DNA from: an uncultured Acidobacteriota bacterium
GTDB taxonomy: Bacteria; Acidobacteriota; Thermoanaerobaculia; Gp7-AA8
Assembly (NCBI GenBank): GCA_963741955.1
Contig: CAVUKB010000001.1
Location: 449,417-513,416, forward strand
Length of the DNA stretch: 64,000 bases
Direction of reading: 5' to 3'
The position numbers and the translations under genes are program-made. Positions 10,725 to 20,655 of this stretch are shown in pieces; positions within the stretch are counted from its first letter, which is position 1, and each line of letters starts with the position of its first letter. A model generated the notes under the pieces. That model was not told the origin of the DNA. It saw nothing but the letters and a program-made list of their open reading frames with translations, and ran no database searches.

Positions 10725-11243
10725 ATGATTCGTATCACGCGCAAGCAGAAGGGCTTCACACTCATCGAGCTGCTGATCGTCGTCGCGATCATCGGCATCC
10801 TGGCCGCCATCGCCATTCCGAACCTGCTCACCGCAATGCAGCGGTCGAAGCAGAAGAGGACGATGGCAGACATCCGTACCATCGCAACCGCCTGGGAAGC
10901 CCGTGCCACGGACACCAGCTCGTACAACGCGGCTGCGGCTTCGATCACCTTCCCCTCTACGACCGTTAACGTCTCCACCCTTCAGAAGGCTCTCCAGCCG
11001 ACGTACATCCGCGCGTTTCCTACGAAGGACGGATGGAATAACGACTACGCCTTCTACGCCGACCAGGCGTGGGCAACCAGTTCCACGGCCGCCAAGGCGA
11101 ATGCGTACGGCATCCAGTCGGACGGTAAGGACGCAGTCGCTGGTACGTGTCCGAGCGATCCTTCACGCACCACCGATTTCGATTGCGACATCTGCTACAC
11201 GAATGGCACGTTCATTCAGTGGCCTGAAGGCGTGCAGAACTGA
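10725..11243 (+). CDS. type IV pilin / GspG-like prepilin
   Basis: KQKG^FTLIELLIVVAIIGILAAIAIPNL class III signal with E5; DGWNNDY GspG-like motif; strong AGGAGG RBS. Confidence 0.93.
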   Translation: MIRITRKQKGFTLIELLIVVAIIGILAAIAIPNLLTAMQRSKQKRTMADIRTIATAWEARATDTSSYNAAAASITFPSTTVNVSTLQKALQPTYIRAFPTKDGWNNDYAFYADQAWATSSTAAKANAYGIQSDGKDAVAGTCPSDPSRTTDFDCDICYTNGTFIQWPEGVQN

Positions 11244-11268
11244 TCGCTTTCGACGATCTCGATTTTCC

Positions 11269-11301
11269 GAAGGGCGCCCTCCGTGGCGCCCTTCTTCGTT
11301 T
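11269..11301 (+). terminator. intrinsic terminator after the pilin gene
   Basis: GAAGGGCGCC-CTCCGT-GGCGCCCTTC perfect 10-bp stem followed by TTCGTTT. Confidence 0.75.
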
Positions 11302-11379
11302 CTGCCGCCATCCATCGGAACTTCCGTGACCGCACTGAGCTGATCTATACTCGATCGTCGTCGATCGACACCGTCTGGA

Positions 11380-12786
11380 ATGAAATCCCGCATCGCAGCG
11401 ACACTCGTCATCCTCCTGACCGTGATCCTCGCCTTTCTCGCTCAGTGCCGCCGGAGCGAAGCGAGGCCCGAGAATCCGGAGGAGAAGGAAGCGCGGAAGT
11501 ACTTCGCCGAATATCTCCGCATCGACACCTCCAACCCGCCGGGCAACGAGACCCTCGGAGCGGAGTACCTCCGGAGCATTCTCGAGAAGGACGGGATCCC
11601 GTCGCGCCTCGTCGGTTCGGACCCGAAGCGTCAGTCGCTCTGGGCCCGGCTTTCGTCCGGCTCGAAAGAACCTGCGCTGCTCCTCCTTCACCACATCGAT
11701 GTGGTTCCGGCGAACGCGTCGCTCTGGAGCGTGCCGCCCTTTTCCGGACAGAGGTCGGGGGGCTACTTCTGGGGTCGAGGTGCACTCGACATCAAGTCGC
11801 TGGGAATCGCCGAACTGATGGCCTTCCTGGACCTCAAACGAAGCGGCGTGAAGCTCACCCGGGATGTGATCTTTCTCGCCGTCGCCGATGAAGAAGCAGG
11901 CGGAAAGCTGGGCACCAGAGAGTTGCTCGAGCAGCATCCCGAGCTCTTCGAGAACGTCGGCTACGTGATCAACGAGGGAGGGGCGAACGAGACGGTCGTC
12001 GACAAGATCACGTTCTGGGGGATCGAGGTCGACGAGAAGGTTCCCCTCTGGCTGACTCTCGTGTCACGCGGCGAAGCGGCTCATGGAGCCATCCCTCCGG
12101 ATAATGGAGGAAGCATCGTGAAGCTCGTCGCCGCGCTCGACGCAGTGGAGAAGATGCCCCGTCCCTACCGCCTCACTCCCACCGTGAGCCGGTACCTGAC
12201 GGCCGTCAGCAGCACGAAACTCGGTCGCAAGCGTGAGCTCCTCGAGCACCCCGAGCAGCACTTCGGATCTCCCGAGTTCGAAAGGATCGTCGGTCCCGGC
12301 TACCGCTCACTCCTCCACGATACCGTCGCCTTCACTCGGCTCGCGGCAGGAGAGTCGCCGAACTCCGTTCCCGCGGAGGCTTCGGCCACCCTCGACCTCC
12401 GTCTCCTCCCCGACAGTTCGCCGGACGAGATGATTCAACAGATCCAGTCGGCGGTCGGGCCCGACATCAAGGTGAAGCCGGTTCTGACGGAGAAACCGGT
12501 TCCCCCTTCGCCGGTCGATACGCCGCTCTTTCACATTCTGCAGGAGCAACTCGAGAAGAGTGAACCGAAGTCGGTGGTCGGACCTCTGGTCTCTCCGGGA
12601 ACATCCGACAGCCGTTTCTTCCGCGCCCGCGGGATCGTGGCCTACGGCCTTTCTCCTTTCAAAGTGAACTACTACGACGCGGACACCGTTCACGGGGTGG
12701 ACGAGCGAATCCGGGAGCGATTCTTCGATCAGGGCGTCGGGCTGACTCGTCGTGTCGTCCGTGCGTTCTGCACGGAGACTCCATGA
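11380..12786 (+). CDS. exported M20/M25/M40 metallo-hydrolase (paralogue of 9188), possible lipoprotein
   Basis: Signal peptide ending LAQC; RIDTSNPPGNE, HIDVVP, GRGALDIK, DEEAGG, NEGG, SDSRFFR, HGVDE. Confidence 0.88.
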   Translation: MKSRIAATLVILLTVILAFLAQCRRSEARPENPEEKEARKYFAEYLRIDTSNPPGNETLGAEYLRSILEKDGIPSRLVGSDPKRQSLWARLSSGSKEPALLLLHHIDVVPANASLWSVPPFSGQRSGGYFWGRGALDIKSLGIAELMAFLDLKRSGVKLTRDVIFLAVADEEAGGKLGTRELLEQHPELFENVGYVINEGGANETVVDKITFWGIEVDEKVPLWLTLVSRGEAAHGAIPPDNGGSIVKLVAALDAVEKMPRPYRLTPTVSRYLTAVSSTKLGRKRELLEHPEQHFGSPEFERIVGPGYRSLLHDTVAFTRLAAGESPNSVPAEASATLDLRLLPDSSPDEMIQQIQSAVGPDIKVKPVLTEKPVPPSPVDTPLFHILQEQLEKSEPKSVVGPLVSPGTSDSRFFRARGIVAYGLSPFKVNYYDADTVHGVDERIRERFFDQGVGLTRRVVRAFCTETP

Positions 12787-14993
12787 CGCGACGGATCGCT
12801 CCGGTCGCGGTCATCCTCACTCTCTCTCTGATCCCCTTCATCCTTCCTCTGATTCGCGGCGAGGTTTTCACCTTCCGCGATCACAGCGACTATTTCGAAC
12901 CGATGCGCTACTACACCAGCAGCCGTCTGGCTGCGGGCGATCTCCCGCTGTGGAATCCCTTCAGCGGCTCCGGCGAGCGGTGGCTCGCGAATCCCGAGAC
13001 CGCCGTGTTCTATCCCCCGGCATGGCTGATGGTGCTCCTCCCGTTCGCCACCGGGTACGTCGCGTTTCTCTGGTTCCACGTCGCACTCGCCGGAGTCGGA
13101 TCGTGGTTTCTCTTCCGCAGATGGGTCCAGCCTCCGTCGGCGCTGCTCGGAGCCGTGGCCATGATGTTCCAGGGGCCGCTGCTTTCGCTTCTCGACGTTT
13201 CAAACAACCTTGCGAGCATCGCCTGGCTCCCGCTCGTGGTCTGGTGTGCGCTCGAGCGGAGCGAGCCTGAACCTCGAGCTCCGGTGGCGATTCCGATCGT
13301 CTTTCTCGCTCTCTCGTTTCTGGGCGGAGAGCCGTTCCTGAGCGCCATCGTCTGGCTGCTGTACGGGGTGGTGTTGCTCTGGAGGAGCCGGCTTCGGAGA
13401 GCGGGCGATCTTCTCCTCACCGGGGTCGGATCGCTCATCCTCGTCTCTCCGCAGCTGGTGCCGTTCGTCGGCATGCTCGCCGGGAGCGACCGGGCGCGCG
13501 GTCTCGGACGCGCACTCGCGTTCCGTGACTCGCTCGATCTCACCGATTGGATCTCGACTCTCCTCTCCACGGCAACGCTGTCGGGATCGTTCGTCGCCAT
13601 CCGCGCCAGCCAGTACTTCATTCCGACGATGTATCTCGGCGCGTTCGTCGTCTTCGGCGTTCTCCTCGGGCTTGCGCTCCTTCACTTCGACTCCGACAAG
13701 CGGATCCGTGGCGTGATCATCGGCTGGCTCGTTCTGTTCGCCGCGTGCGCGATCGTCGCCGCGGGCGCGCACGCCGGATTCCTGTTTCCTCTCCTGGCCC
13801 GATCGGGTCTGGACGTGATCCGCTATCCCGCCCGGCTCGCGCCGGTTGCTTCGTTCGCGTTGATCGGGATCGCCGTGACGGGGTGGGACCGACACCAGAC
13901 CGTCCCGCTCCGCATCCGAGCACTCGCTTCGCTCGTCGTCGCTGCGCTGCTCGGACTCGGTTGGTTTCTCTTTCTTCCGGACCGCCCGGGAGGCGTGCGT
14001 ATCGTCGTTTCCGCGATTTCTCTTCTGGCGGCGACGGTGCTGCTGACCAGGCGAACCGGTCCGTTGGATCGAAAATCCGTTCTCGCTGGCGTGGTCCTGT
14101 TCGTCTCGATCGATCTGATCGCTTCTGCCGGTTTTCTTTTCGGATCGGCTCCATTCGTTCCGACCGTCAGACCCTACGATCGGATCTTTCACGATGCGCA
14201 GAAGATCGTTCGTGTCACGCGAGAGGCGTTCGACGATGGTTCCGCGAGTTCAGTCTCCGAGAGGCGGCGCTGGCTCGCGGGATACCTCAATCTCTACGAC
14301 GGGATCTTCGACGCGTCGACTGCGGCTCCGGTGATCGACCGGCGCTATCTCGAGCTTCACGATCGCGCGCTCTGGCAGCCGCGTCTCGATCTGGTCGATT
14401 TTCTCGGCGTCGGTCACGTCCTCGCGGAGCGTCCGCTCCACGCACCGGGTTACTCGCTCCGCGGTCGTACCGGAGAAGTTCGCATTTACCGCAATGCAGG
14501 AGCGTTTCCGCCGGCGACCGGCTGGACCACGTGGCGCAGCACGAGCTCCGGAGAGACGGCGTTTCGTCGCATCCTCGACGGAGGCTTCGACGCACGACGC
14601 ACACTCTTCGTGACGGGCGCGCCGCCTCCCGTCTCCAACACCGCACCCGTGCGGGCGTCGATCGAGCTGGTGCAGGCCGGCGAAGGTGTCGTTCGTGTTC
14701 GATCGAGATCGAACGTTCCGATGATGGTCGTGATCACGCAGCGTCATGCGCGAGGATGGAATGCGTCGATCGATGATCGTCCTGCTCCGGTGTACGAAGC
14801 GGACGGAGTTTTTCTTGCCACTCACGTCACGTCCGGAGATCACATCATCGTGTGCCGATATCACGAGCCACACCTCGGTGGACTTGTGATACTTTCTGCA
14901 CTCGGCCTGATCGCCTGCTTCATCGAATCAGTTTCTTTTCTCCGACGACGGCGTGACGTGGTGGACGTGGAAGCGAAAGTCGCCGGCTGCTGA
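12783..14993 (+). CDS. YfhO-family membrane protein (GT-C)
   Basis: FRDHSDYF, LPLWNPF, LANPETAVFYPP, RYPARL, GWNASIDD; start overlaps the upstream stop (ATGA). Confidence 0.8.
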   Translation: MTRRIAPVAVILTLSLIPFILPLIRGEVFTFRDHSDYFEPMRYYTSSRLAAGDLPLWNPFSGSGERWLANPETAVFYPPAWLMVLLPFATGYVAFLWFHVALAGVGSWFLFRRWVQPPSALLGAVAMMFQGPLLSLLDVSNNLASIAWLPLVVWCALERSEPEPRAPVAIPIVFLALSFLGGEPFLSAIVWLLYGVVLLWRSRLRRAGDLLLTGVGSLILVSPQLVPFVGMLAGSDRARGLGRALAFRDSLDLTDWISTLLSTATLSGSFVAIRASQYFIPTMYLGAFVVFGVLLGLALLHFDSDKRIRGVIIGWLVLFAACAIVAAGAHAGFLFPLLARSGLDVIRYPARLAPVASFALIGIAVTGWDRHQTVPLRIRALASLVVAALLGLGWFLFLPDRPGGVRIVVSAISLLAATVLLTRRTGPLDRKSVLAGVVLFVSIDLIASAGFLFGSAPFVPTVRPYDRIFHDAQKIVRVTREAFDDGSASSVSERRRWLAGYLNLYDGIFDASTAAPVIDRRYLELHDRALWQPRLDLVDFLGVGHVLAERPLHAPGYSLRGRTGEVRIYRNAGAFPPATGWTTWRSTSSGETAFRRILDGGFDARRTLFVTGAPPPVSNTAPVRASIELVQAGEGVVRVRSRSNVPMMVVITQRHARGWNASIDDRPAPVYEADGVFLATHVTSGDHIIVCRYHEPHLGGLVILSALGLIACFIESVSFLRRRRDVVDVEAKVAGC

Positions 14994-15075
14994 TCCGATC
15001 GGGTCGTCGAAGTCTTCTGCAGGAGCACGAGTGGGTGTAGAATGTCGCTCCTTCACGACATCCGAGGCAGTTTGA

Positions 15076-15375
15076 ATGTCCACCATCGACGATCGATTGA
15101 ATCAGATCATCTCTGAGCTGATCGGCAGCGGAATCACACTCGAACAGGCAGTCGAGGCGTTCGAGGGTCGATACATCGCTGCAGCCATGCACGCCAGCCG
15201 CGGGAACATCACCCGTGCGTCGCGCGCGCTCGGAGTCCATCGCAACACCCTTCACAACAAGCTTCGTTCCAGGAGCATCCTCAACGGTTACGTCGCGGAG
15301 ATCCGGCCGAAGAAGCGTGCTCCCCGTAAACCTTCGAAGAAGGGCGACGGCAGGGCGGGTCGCTCGAAGAACTGA
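15076..15375 (+). CDS. small Fis-family HTH protein
   Basis: FEGRYIAAAM...GNITRASRALGVHRNTLHNKL; basic C-terminal tail. Confidence 0.85.
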   Translation: MSTIDDRLNQIISELIGSGITLEQAVEAFEGRYIAAAMHASRGNITRASRALGVHRNTLHNKLRSRSILNGYVAEIRPKKRAPRKPSKKGDGRAGRSKN

Positions 15376-15407
15376 CGGACAGTACGTCCTTTGCAATCGG
15401 AAGAGGC

Positions 15408-17633
15408 GTGGCGGCGAATCGGGACGAAGCACTTCGCGCATCGATCGTGGATCTTCTCCGGAAGAAGGGGAATCGTGTCCTGTCGATCAGCGACATCCAC
15501 GAGCGTCTTCAGGGTGATCTCTCCTTCGAACGTGACGAAGTCGAATCCGCCGTCGAGCGGCTCGAGAACGAGGGTGTGCTGGTCGCCGTTCGCGGGAAGC
15601 GCTACTCCCTCCTCGAGTTCACGCCGTATGTCTCCGGACGCATCAGCGTTCGGCGCGACGGTCACGGCGTCCTTCGCAGGCCGGGAGAAATTCTCGACGT
15701 GCTGATCGATCGCAATGCCACCCGCGGCGCGATGCACGGCGACGTGGTCCTGGTGCGCATCGAAAAGCGCGGCGAGCGGACGCGCACGGTGCGAGGCCAT
15801 CAGTACGTCGACGGCGAAGTCGTCCGGGTCCTTCAACGCGTTCACGATACGGTGGTGGGGCGATTCCACGCCGGCGACTACCCTTTCATCCGACCGTTCG
15901 ACGAACGGCTCGACTCCGACATCCTGATCGAGGCGGAGTCCACCATGGGAGCCAGACATGGCGAGATGGTGAACGTGGAGATCGAGCAGTACGGGACGCG
16001 GAATGCGCTCGCGCGCGGACGGATCGTCGAAGTGCTCGGGATGATCGGGGACCCCGGAGTCGACGTCGAGGTGGTGATCCGCAAGTATCGGATCCCGCAT
16101 CAGTTCCCGGAAGAAGTTCTCGCCAGCGCCGAGCAGATCGAGGAACGGGTCACGCCCGAGGAAGTCGCACGGCGTCGCGACCTTCGGGATCGGGTCATCG
16201 TGACCATCGACAGCGAGACCGCCCGCGATTTCGACGATGCGGTAGAAGTCATTCCGCTGAAGAACGGGAACTACCTCCTCGGCGTGCACATCGCCGACGT
16301 GAGCCACTACGTCACCGAGGGGGGAGCGATCGACCTGGAGGCGCTCGAGAGGGGAACCTCCGTCTACTTTCCCGGCCGCGTCGTTCCGATGCTTCCGGAG
16401 CGGCTTTCCAACGAGATCTGTTCGCTCAATCCGCGAGTGGACCGGCTGACCTTCTCCGTGGAGATCGAGATCGACCGGCGTGGTCGCTTCGTCGACCGGC
16501 GGATGTTCAAGTCGGTGATCAGGACCACCGAGAGAATGACGTACACCGACGTGGCGGCACTTCTCGAGAAGAGTGCGGACGCCCCGAAGAGGAAGCGGTA
16601 CGAAACCCTCCTGCCGCACCTGGAAGTGATGCGTGAGCTCTTCGAGATCCTCCGCGTGCGGCGCGATGCTCGTGGATCGATCGATTTCGACCTTCCGGAA
16701 AGTGAGATCTTCCTCACTTCGCAGGGAGAGATCGAATCGATCCGTCCGAGCCAGAGGAACGTGGCCCATCGTCTGATCGAAGAGTTCATGCTCGCGGCGA
16801 ACGAGGCGGTGGCACAACACCTCTTTTTCGCTGGTGAGCCGGCGGTCTTCCGTGTCCACGAGCAGCCGGATCCTCAGCGGATCGAAGACCTGAAAGGAAT
16901 TCTCGAAGAGTTCCATCACAAGCTCCGCGCGAATCCCGAAGAGCTGCGCCCCGGCGATCTCCAGCGGATACTCCGCACCGTCGCCGGGACCCCGGAAGAG
17001 AGATTTCTCACCGAGATCGTGCTTCGCTCCATGAAGCGGGCTACGTATTCGGAGGAGAATCGCGGGCACTTCGCCCTTGCGCTACTCCAGTACTGCCACT
17101 TCACGTCCCCGATCCGGCGCTATCCCGACCTGATCGTGCATCGGCGTCTCGCGGCACTCCTCGCGAGCGGAGCCTCGTACGGCGAAACGCGCGAGCGACT
17201 CGACCGGATCATCCCGGAGATGGCCGAGCAGTCGAGCACTCGCGAAAAGCGCGCCGAGGACGCGGAGCGCGAAGTCCTGGAGTGGAAGAAAGTGATCTTC
17301 ATGAGAGACAAGGTCGGAATGGATTTCGCCGGGACGGTCACCGGCGTCGTTCCGTTCGGGCTCTTCGTCGAGTTGCAGGACTATTTCGTGCAAGGACTCG
17401 TTCCGGTGGCATCCATCGGAGGGGACTTCTGGAAGTATCTGGAGCGCGAGCACCGGTTGCAGGGAGCGGATAGCGGTCGCGAGTTCCGTCTCGGGGATCA
17501 GGTGGTCGTGGAGGTCCGCACGATCGACGAAGACAGGCGTCAGATCGAGTTTCGCCTGGTCGAGGCCGGTGGAACGGCGATCGAAGAGCGAGCGCGACCG
17601 AAGGGGAGACCACGATCCCGGGGCGCGCGGTAA
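15408..17633 (+). CDS. rnr: ribonuclease R
   Basis: TIDSETARDFDDA, VHIADVSHYV, IEEFMLAAN, HFTSPIRRYPDLIVHR and a C-terminal S1 domain. Confidence 0.96.
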   Translation: MAANRDEALRASIVDLLRKKGNRVLSISDIHERLQGDLSFERDEVESAVERLENEGVLVAVRGKRYSLLEFTPYVSGRISVRRDGHGVLRRPGEILDVLIDRNATRGAMHGDVVLVRIEKRGERTRTVRGHQYVDGEVVRVLQRVHDTVVGRFHAGDYPFIRPFDERLDSDILIEAESTMGARHGEMVNVEIEQYGTRNALARGRIVEVLGMIGDPGVDVEVVIRKYRIPHQFPEEVLASAEQIEERVTPEEVARRRDLRDRVIVTIDSETARDFDDAVEVIPLKNGNYLLGVHIADVSHYVTEGGAIDLEALERGTSVYFPGRVVPMLPERLSNEICSLNPRVDRLTFSVEIEIDRRGRFVDRRMFKSVIRTTERMTYTDVAALLEKSADAPKRKRYETLLPHLEVMRELFEILRVRRDARGSIDFDLPESEIFLTSQGEIESIRPSQRNVAHRLIEEFMLAANEAVAQHLFFAGEPAVFRVHEQPDPQRIEDLKGILEEFHHKLRANPEELRPGDLQRILRTVAGTPEERFLTEIVLRSMKRATYSEENRGHFALALLQYCHFTSPIRRYPDLIVHRRLAALLASGASYGETRERLDRIIPEMAEQSSTREKRAEDAEREVLEWKKVIFMRDKVGMDFAGTVTGVVPFGLFVELQDYFVQGLVPVASIGGDFWKYLEREHRLQGADSGREFRLGDQVVVEVRTIDEDRRQIEFRLVEAGGTAIEERARPKGRPRSRGAR

Positions 17634-17679
17634 CGCCGTTCGTGTGCTACCTTACTTCGAAAGTGTGGCGGGCAGGTGA

Positions 17680-18771
17680 ATGGCTGACATCCTCGACGCA
17701 TCAGTGAGACTTCAGGAATTGATCGAGCGGCGTGTGACGCTCGAGCGGACCATCGAGAACGAACAGTCGGAGCTGTCGGAACAGAAGGTCACGGAGCTCG
17801 ACGGGAAGTACGACGCTCTGCAGCGATCACTCTACCGGCTGTTCCGCGAGACGAGCGACGACTCGCTGCGGATCACCATCATGCTCGAGTTGATCCGCAT
17901 TCTCGAGAACAAGCTCGTTCATCTCCGGCACTTCAGTGTCACTCCGGCGCCGGAGACTCGCGGGCTGGCAGAGATCGTGGCCCGTTTTCTCGACCAGCTC
18001 GAGGGCGAGCCCCACCCTCCGCTCTCACCTCTCGAGCTCTCGTATTACCGCGCCATCGCCGCTCTTCATGCCGGTGACCTCGATCGTGCGCGCGAGGGAC
18101 TCCTCGCCACGTGCGAGTCGGAAGAATCCGACGAGGCGAACGACATCAAGTTCAAGTCGTACGTGATCCTCGGCAATCTCTTTCACGAGGAGCACGATTA
18201 CGCCCGCGCCAGGGACCTCCACGACGCATCGGTCCAGTACAGCCGCAACTCGAACGTCGCCGCACAGGCGCTCGCGTTCAAAGCTCTCAACTCGTATGCC
18301 CTCGGCGAGACGGAGCAGGCGCGTTCGCTCTTCGAGTCATCTCTCGCCCTCTTCCAGCGCAGCGAGCCGTTCTTCAATTCGTACTTCCACCGGAACGCGT
18401 TGCTCTTCTGCGGGTTGATCTACTACGACCGCGGCGAATACCGTAAAGCGGAGAAGTTCTACCAGACCCTGGTCGACGAAGTGGATCAGAGCTCCTACGA
18501 TTACTTCGACGCCCTGACGCAGCTCGGAAAGATCTGCTACCGGACCGGTCGCTTCGACGAAGCAGTCCGTCGATTCAGCAACGCAATCGAACAGCATCGC
18601 TACAGCGAGAACGAGCACCTGATCGACACCTGGTTCTGGCTCGCGCGTGCTCACGTCGAGCGGGGCGACCTCGCGGAAGCCCGCCGCTGCCTCGACAAGG
18701 TCACCACCTCCGAGGTCGAGTACGGGAGGAAATCGCAGGCGGTGGAGCTTCTCCGCCGTCTCGCGGGGTGA
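17680..18771 (+). CDS. tetratricopeptide repeat protein
   Basis: Repeated TPR helices (LGNLF...YARA, LGKICY...FDEAV, FWLARAH...) after an N-terminal coiled coil. Confidence 0.75.
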   Translation: MADILDASVRLQELIERRVTLERTIENEQSELSEQKVTELDGKYDALQRSLYRLFRETSDDSLRITIMLELIRILENKLVHLRHFSVTPAPETRGLAEIVARFLDQLEGEPHPPLSPLELSYYRAIAALHAGDLDRAREGLLATCESEESDEANDIKFKSYVILGNLFHEEHDYARARDLHDASVQYSRNSNVAAQALAFKALNSYALGETEQARSLFESSLALFQRSEPFFNSYFHRNALLFCGLIYYDRGEYRKAEKFYQTLVDEVDQSSYDYFDALTQLGKICYRTGRFDEAVRRFSNAIEQHRYSENEHLIDTWFWLARAHVERGDLAEARRCLDKVTTSEVEYGRKSQAVELLRRLAG

Positions 18772-18792
18772 CGAGTCGGGGAGGGGTTCGTT

Positions 18793-19986
18793 TTACCGGA
18801 ACCGGGTGAGCACGAACGCGATGTCGTCCCGCAGCTCTTCGGTCGCCGCGAATTCGCGCGTGTCGGCCAGAACCCGTTCGCAGAGATCGTCGATGTCTTC
18901 GGTGCGGTTCGCCTCCAGAATCCGTGCGATCCGCTCGATCGAATAGAACTCCCCTGCATCGTTCCGGCGATCCGTCAGTCCGTCGGTGTAGGCGAACAGG
19001 AGATCGCCGGCACCCACGACGAGGGTCGTGTCCTCGAAGTCGAGTCCTGCGATCGCACCGAGCATGTGGCCGGGGCGCTCGTGAATCTCGGTCGGCGCCG
19101 TTCCGGATCGGACCAACAGGAACGGAGGATGCGCTGCGGTGGAGACGCGGAGCTCGCCCGAATCGTGAACGTAGTGGAAAAGCTGCGCAGTCGCATACTG
19201 CGAAGGGAGGCTGGCCGAAAAGAGGAAGTCGTTGAGGTCCCGCATCAGAGGTCCCAGACGCGGCGCTTCCGTGGTTTCGGAACGGATGTAGCTCTTGAGA
19301 AGAGAAACGAGGATCGCCGCGGCGAGGCCGTGTCCCGAAACGTCCGCGATGAAGAGGTAAAGCGCGTTGCCGCTCTCGTAGTAGTCGTAGAAGTCTCCCG
19401 AGAGCGTCTCGCTGGGAATGTAGGCGGAGCGGATCTCCGCGCGGCTGGTGGTCATCGAACGGTCGGGCAGAAGCGACTCCTGAACCAGCCGGGCAATCTC
19501 CAGGTCCTTATGCAGCTTCTGGTTCAGTGCCATGATCTTGTCCGACTTCGCCTTGATCTCTTCGTAGAGCTGGCGGAGCTGTTCCGCCTGTTCCACGATC
19601 CGGTCCTGAAAGTCCTTGACCCGCAGGAGCGCCCGCACTCGTGCGACCAGCACCTCCATGTCCGACGACTTGGTCACGAAGTCGTCCGCGCCCGAGTCGA
19701 GTCCCTCGACCACGTGACGCGCGGAGTCGGCGCCGGTGAGCATCAGCACCGGGATGTTCTGCATCGCGGGTGCGGCTTTCAGGCGGCGGCAGACCTCGTA
19801 ACCATCCATGCCGGGCATCCGGTAATCGACCAGGACGCAGTCGGGGAAGACCTCGCCCACCGTCCGGATCCCCTCCGTTCCGTCACCCGCGTAGCTGACC
19901 CGGTAGCCTGCTCTCTCCAGGAAACGGCCGACGAGATGGGCGTCGCTACGGTTGTCATCGATGATGACGATCCTCTTTTCGGGCAT
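18793..19986 (-). CDS. response regulator with PP2C/SpoIIE phosphatase (RsbU-like)
   Basis: REC (IIDD, VDYRMPGMDG, DFVTK), coiled coil, SGDFYD, ADVSGHG, YTDGLTD, DDIA. Confidence 0.92.
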   Translation of the reverse strand: MPEKRIVIIDDNRSDAHLVGRFLERAGYRVSYAGDGTEGIRTVGEVFPDCVLVDYRMPGMDGYEVCRRLKAAPAMQNIPVLMLTGADSARHVVEGLDSGADDFVTKSSDMEVLVARVRALLRVKDFQDRIVEQAEQLRQLYEEIKAKSDKIMALNQKLHKDLEIARLVQESLLPDRSMTTSRAEIRSAYIPSETLSGDFYDYYESGNALYLFIADVSGHGLAAAILVSLLKSYIRSETTEAPRLGPLMRDLNDFLFSASLPSQYATAQLFHYVHDSGELRVSTAAHPPFLLVRSGTAPTEIHERPGHMLGAIAGLDFEDTTLVVGAGDLLFAYTDGLTDRRNDAGEFYSIERIARILEANRTEDIDDLCERVLADTREFAATEELRDDIAFVLTRFR

Positions 19987-20061
19987 TCAGCTCCTCTGTC
20001 GCATAATGATGCACATCATCTGCACCGCTGGACGGCGGTGCAAGTCGGCTATCGTGTCGCC

Positions 20062-20655
20062 ATGAAAATGATCGTCGGACTGGGAAATCCAGGAGAATCG
20101 TACCGGAACACTCGGCACAATATCGGATTCAGGGTGGTCGAAGCGTTCGCGCGCCGCTTCCGGGTGGAGATCGACCGGCACGAGAAATCGGCGCTCACCG
20201 GTCGTGGCCGCGTGGCGGGTGATTCGGTCATGCTGGCGCTTCCACAGACGTTCATGAATCTCTCGGGTACGGCGGTTGCGAAACTCGTACGCGCCTGGCT
20301 CGACTCGCCGAGCGATCTGATCGTGGTCTACGACGACATCGATCTTCCGGTTGCGAAGTTGAGAATCCGGGAGAACGGTTCAGCAGGAACCCATAATGGA
20401 ATGAAATCGATTCTCGCCTCACTTGATGACAACGGCTTTCCCCGACTTCGCTTCGGTATCCGTGGCGCTGGTTACGACCAGACGCGCGATCTGGCGGACT
20501 ACGTGCTTGCCGATTTCGAACCAGATGAGGAACAGCTCGTCGGACCGGCGATCGATCGCTCGGTCGATGCGCTTTTCACCATCGTCAGGGGTGATCTCCG
20601 CCGGGCGATGACGGAGTTCAATCGAGAACCGCAAGAGGAGGAACGACAGGCCTGA
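20062..20655 (+). CDS. pth: peptidyl-tRNA hydrolase
   Basis: MIVGLGNPG, TRHNIGF, PQTFMNLSG, VYDDIDL, HNGMKS. Confidence 0.97.
   Translation: MKMIVGLGNPGESYRNTRHNIGFRVVEAFARRFRVEIDRHEKSALTGRGRVAGDSVMLALPQTFMNLSGTAVAKLVRAWLDSPSDLIVVYDDIDLPVAKLRIRENGSAGTHNGMKSILASLDDNGFPRLRFGIRGAGYDQTRDLADYVLADFEPDEEQLVGPAIDRSVDALFTIVRGDLRRAMTEFNREPQEEERQA

Noticed and set aside
19066-20061. Long N-terminal extension of pth
   Set aside because: Antisense to the REC-PP2C gene; the Pth family start is at 20062.
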